Positions 62,826 through 64,000 of a stretch of 64,000 nucleotides of DNA are shown here, piece after piece. The translations under genes and the position numbers were made by a program. The stretch covers positions 10,460 through 74,459 of the forward strand of contig DATKBB010000021.1 in assembly GCA_035514295.1 (NCBI GenBank), written 5' to 3'. Under the pieces are notes generated by a model. That model made no database searches and had not been told where the DNA came from. It saw nothing but the letters and a program-made list of their open reading frames with translations. The stretch is from Candidatus Limnocylindria bacterium. Lineage in GTDB: Bacteria; Chloroflexota; Limnocylindria; Limnocylindrales; CSP1-4. Position 1 is the first letter of the stretch; the number at the start of each line of letters is the position of its first letter.

Positions 62826-64000
62826 CGGACACAGCCCTGACCAGCCCTGTGCGCGAGCTGGCCGACCGATTCTGGAGCTACTTCCTTGAGCGCCAGCCGA
62901 TCTACGCAACTGCGCTGGGTTACGAGCGCTACGACGACAGGCTGCCCGATCCTTCGCCGGACGGCCGCGCAGGCGAGGTCGCCGAGCTGCGCCGGCTGCT
63001 GGACGACGCGGCGGCCATCGAGCGCGACCCGCTCGACGTGGAAGACACGATCACCCTGGACATGCTGGAAGTGGTGGCCCGCATCCAGCTTCGCCAGCAC
63101 GAGCACGAAATCCACCACGTCGAGGCGATGGACGCGATGGCCGGCCCGCAGACGACGCCGGGCGACCTGTCGCGCTACCAGCGCGTGGACAGCCCGGAGC
63201 GGCTGGAGCGCCTGATCCGCCGGCTCGAGGGCTTCCCGGCCTATCTGGCCGCCCACCGGGCCAACCTCGAAGAGGGCCTGCGCGCGGGTCGCACGGCGGC
63301 GCGGCCGGTCGTCGCCCGCGTTCTGGAGCAGACGCGCCGGCTGGTCGAGACGCCGCTCGAGAGCGAGCCCTTGATCGCGGCCCATCCGGAGCTGGACGGC
63401 GACGCGCGCCGGCGGCTGCAGGACGCCGTCGCCCACCACGTCAGGCCCGCCCTGACCGACTACCTCGCCGCCCTGGAGGCCTACGCGCCGGGCGCCCGCG
63501 AGGGCGACGGTCTGTGGGCGCTGCCCGGCGGCGTGGAACTGTACGAGACGCTCATCCTGGCCTCGACCACCATCGAGGCCAGGCCCCGCGAGCTGCACGA
63601 TTACGGCCTCGAACAGCTCGAGCGTATTCGCGAGGAGCAGGGGGTCGCGGCGCGCGAGCTTGGATTCGCCGACGTTGCGGGGATGCGCGCGGCGCTGGAC
63701 AGTGATCCATCGAACGCGACCAGCCGGCGCGAGGACATCGTCGAGCTGGCCGAGCGCCAGATCGAGCGGGCCAGTGCAGTCGCGCCGCGCTACTTCGGGC
63801 GGCTGCCCAGGGCCGCCGTTGTCGTGCGCCAAGTGGAGAGCTTCCAGGAAGCCGAGGCGCCGCCCGCCTTTTACCTGCCTCCACCGCCGGACGGATCACG
63901 GCCGGGCGTCTACTACGTCAACACTTACGAGCCGCAGGGACGCCCGCTGCATCGCCTGGCCGCGGCCACCTTCCACGAGGCGGTGCCCGGGCACCACTTC
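62822..64000 (+). CDS. DUF885 family protein, N-terminal about 390 aa; 3' end lies beyond the window
   Basis: Absent from the track because there is no stop in the window. TTG at 62822 overlaps the previous stop (TTGA). LTDTALTSPVRELADRFWSYFLERQPIYATALGYERYDDRLPD... ends at the family motif FHEAVPGHHF. Confidence 0.8.
   Translation, partial: MTDTALTSPVRELADRFWSYFLERQPIYATALGYERYDDRLPDPSPDGRAGEVAELRRLLDDAAAIERDPLDVEDTITLDMLEVVARIQLRQHEHEIHHVEAMDAMAGPQTTPGDLSRYQRVDSPERLERLIRRLEGFPAYLAAHRANLEEGLRAGRTAARPVVARVLEQTRRLVETPLESEPLIAAHPELDGDARRRLQDAVAHHVRPALTDYLAALEAYAPGAREGDGLWALPGGVELYETLILASTTIEARPRELHDYGLEQLERIREEQGVAARELGFADVAGMRAALDSDPSNATSRREDIVELAERQIERASAVAPRYFGRLPRAAVVVRQVESFQEAEAPPAFYLPPPPDGSRPGVYYVNTYEPQGRPLHRLAAATFHEAVPGHHF

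Overview
GC-rich bacterial chromosomal segment with strong G/C bias at third codon positions. The six-frame track therefore over-calls heavily, with many long shadow ORFs on the wrong strand or frame. I can support about 60 protein-coding genes, two decayed gene copies and several repeats or candidate regulatory elements. I found no rRNA, tRNA, CRISPR array or intact mobile element. Genes sit in long polycistrons whose junctions are very often 1- or 4-nt start/stop overlaps (GTGA, ATGA, TGATG), and I used these to fix many starts. Layout: (i) 1-25.4 kb is an accessory-looking catabolic/transport island. It holds a minus-strand IclR-headed operon (two aldehyde dehydrogenases, an amidase with a small AtzG-like partner ORF, MFS, NTF2-like, SHOCT, GcvT-like), a second MFS gene, and a plus-strand operon (three M19-like 'dipeptidase' paralogues, OCD-family enzyme, amidohydrolase, Dpp/Opp-type ABC importer, 2-hydroxyacid dehydrogenase, AstE/AspA-type deacylase, FAD-linked oxidase). 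(ii) 25.5-39.7 kb holds an orphan atypical OmpR-type response regulator, two tandem PYROXD2/phytoene-desaturase-like flavoproteins, surE, an AI-2E transporter, trpS, an LLM oxidoreductase, a YjbR-family gene and a hom-thrC-thrB-aspartate kinase operon. (iii) 39.9-52 kb is a biotin/ACCase/FAS-II supercluster: birA, ECF sigma plus putative anti-sigma, accD, accA, a lysine-free BCCP paralogue, accC, fabZ, a metallophosphoesterase, fabF, accB, fabH, a decayed HTH-nuclease gene array, fabG. (iv) 52-64 kb holds cysC, an MBL-rhodanese fusion, a GAF-GGDEF protein, PolX, mgtE, a TPR protein with a poly-acidic tail, a 954-aa Zn-ribbon methylase-like protein with degenerate catalytic motifs, and a partial DUF885 gene. 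The best candidates for something new are: the lysine-free BCCP paralogue wedged between accA and accC (analogous to plant BADC regulators); the TPR/acidic-tail plus degenerate-methylase gene pair; and the triplicated M19-like enzymes that have lost three of the five canonical zinc ligands. All family calls come from reading motifs by eye; no searches were run.
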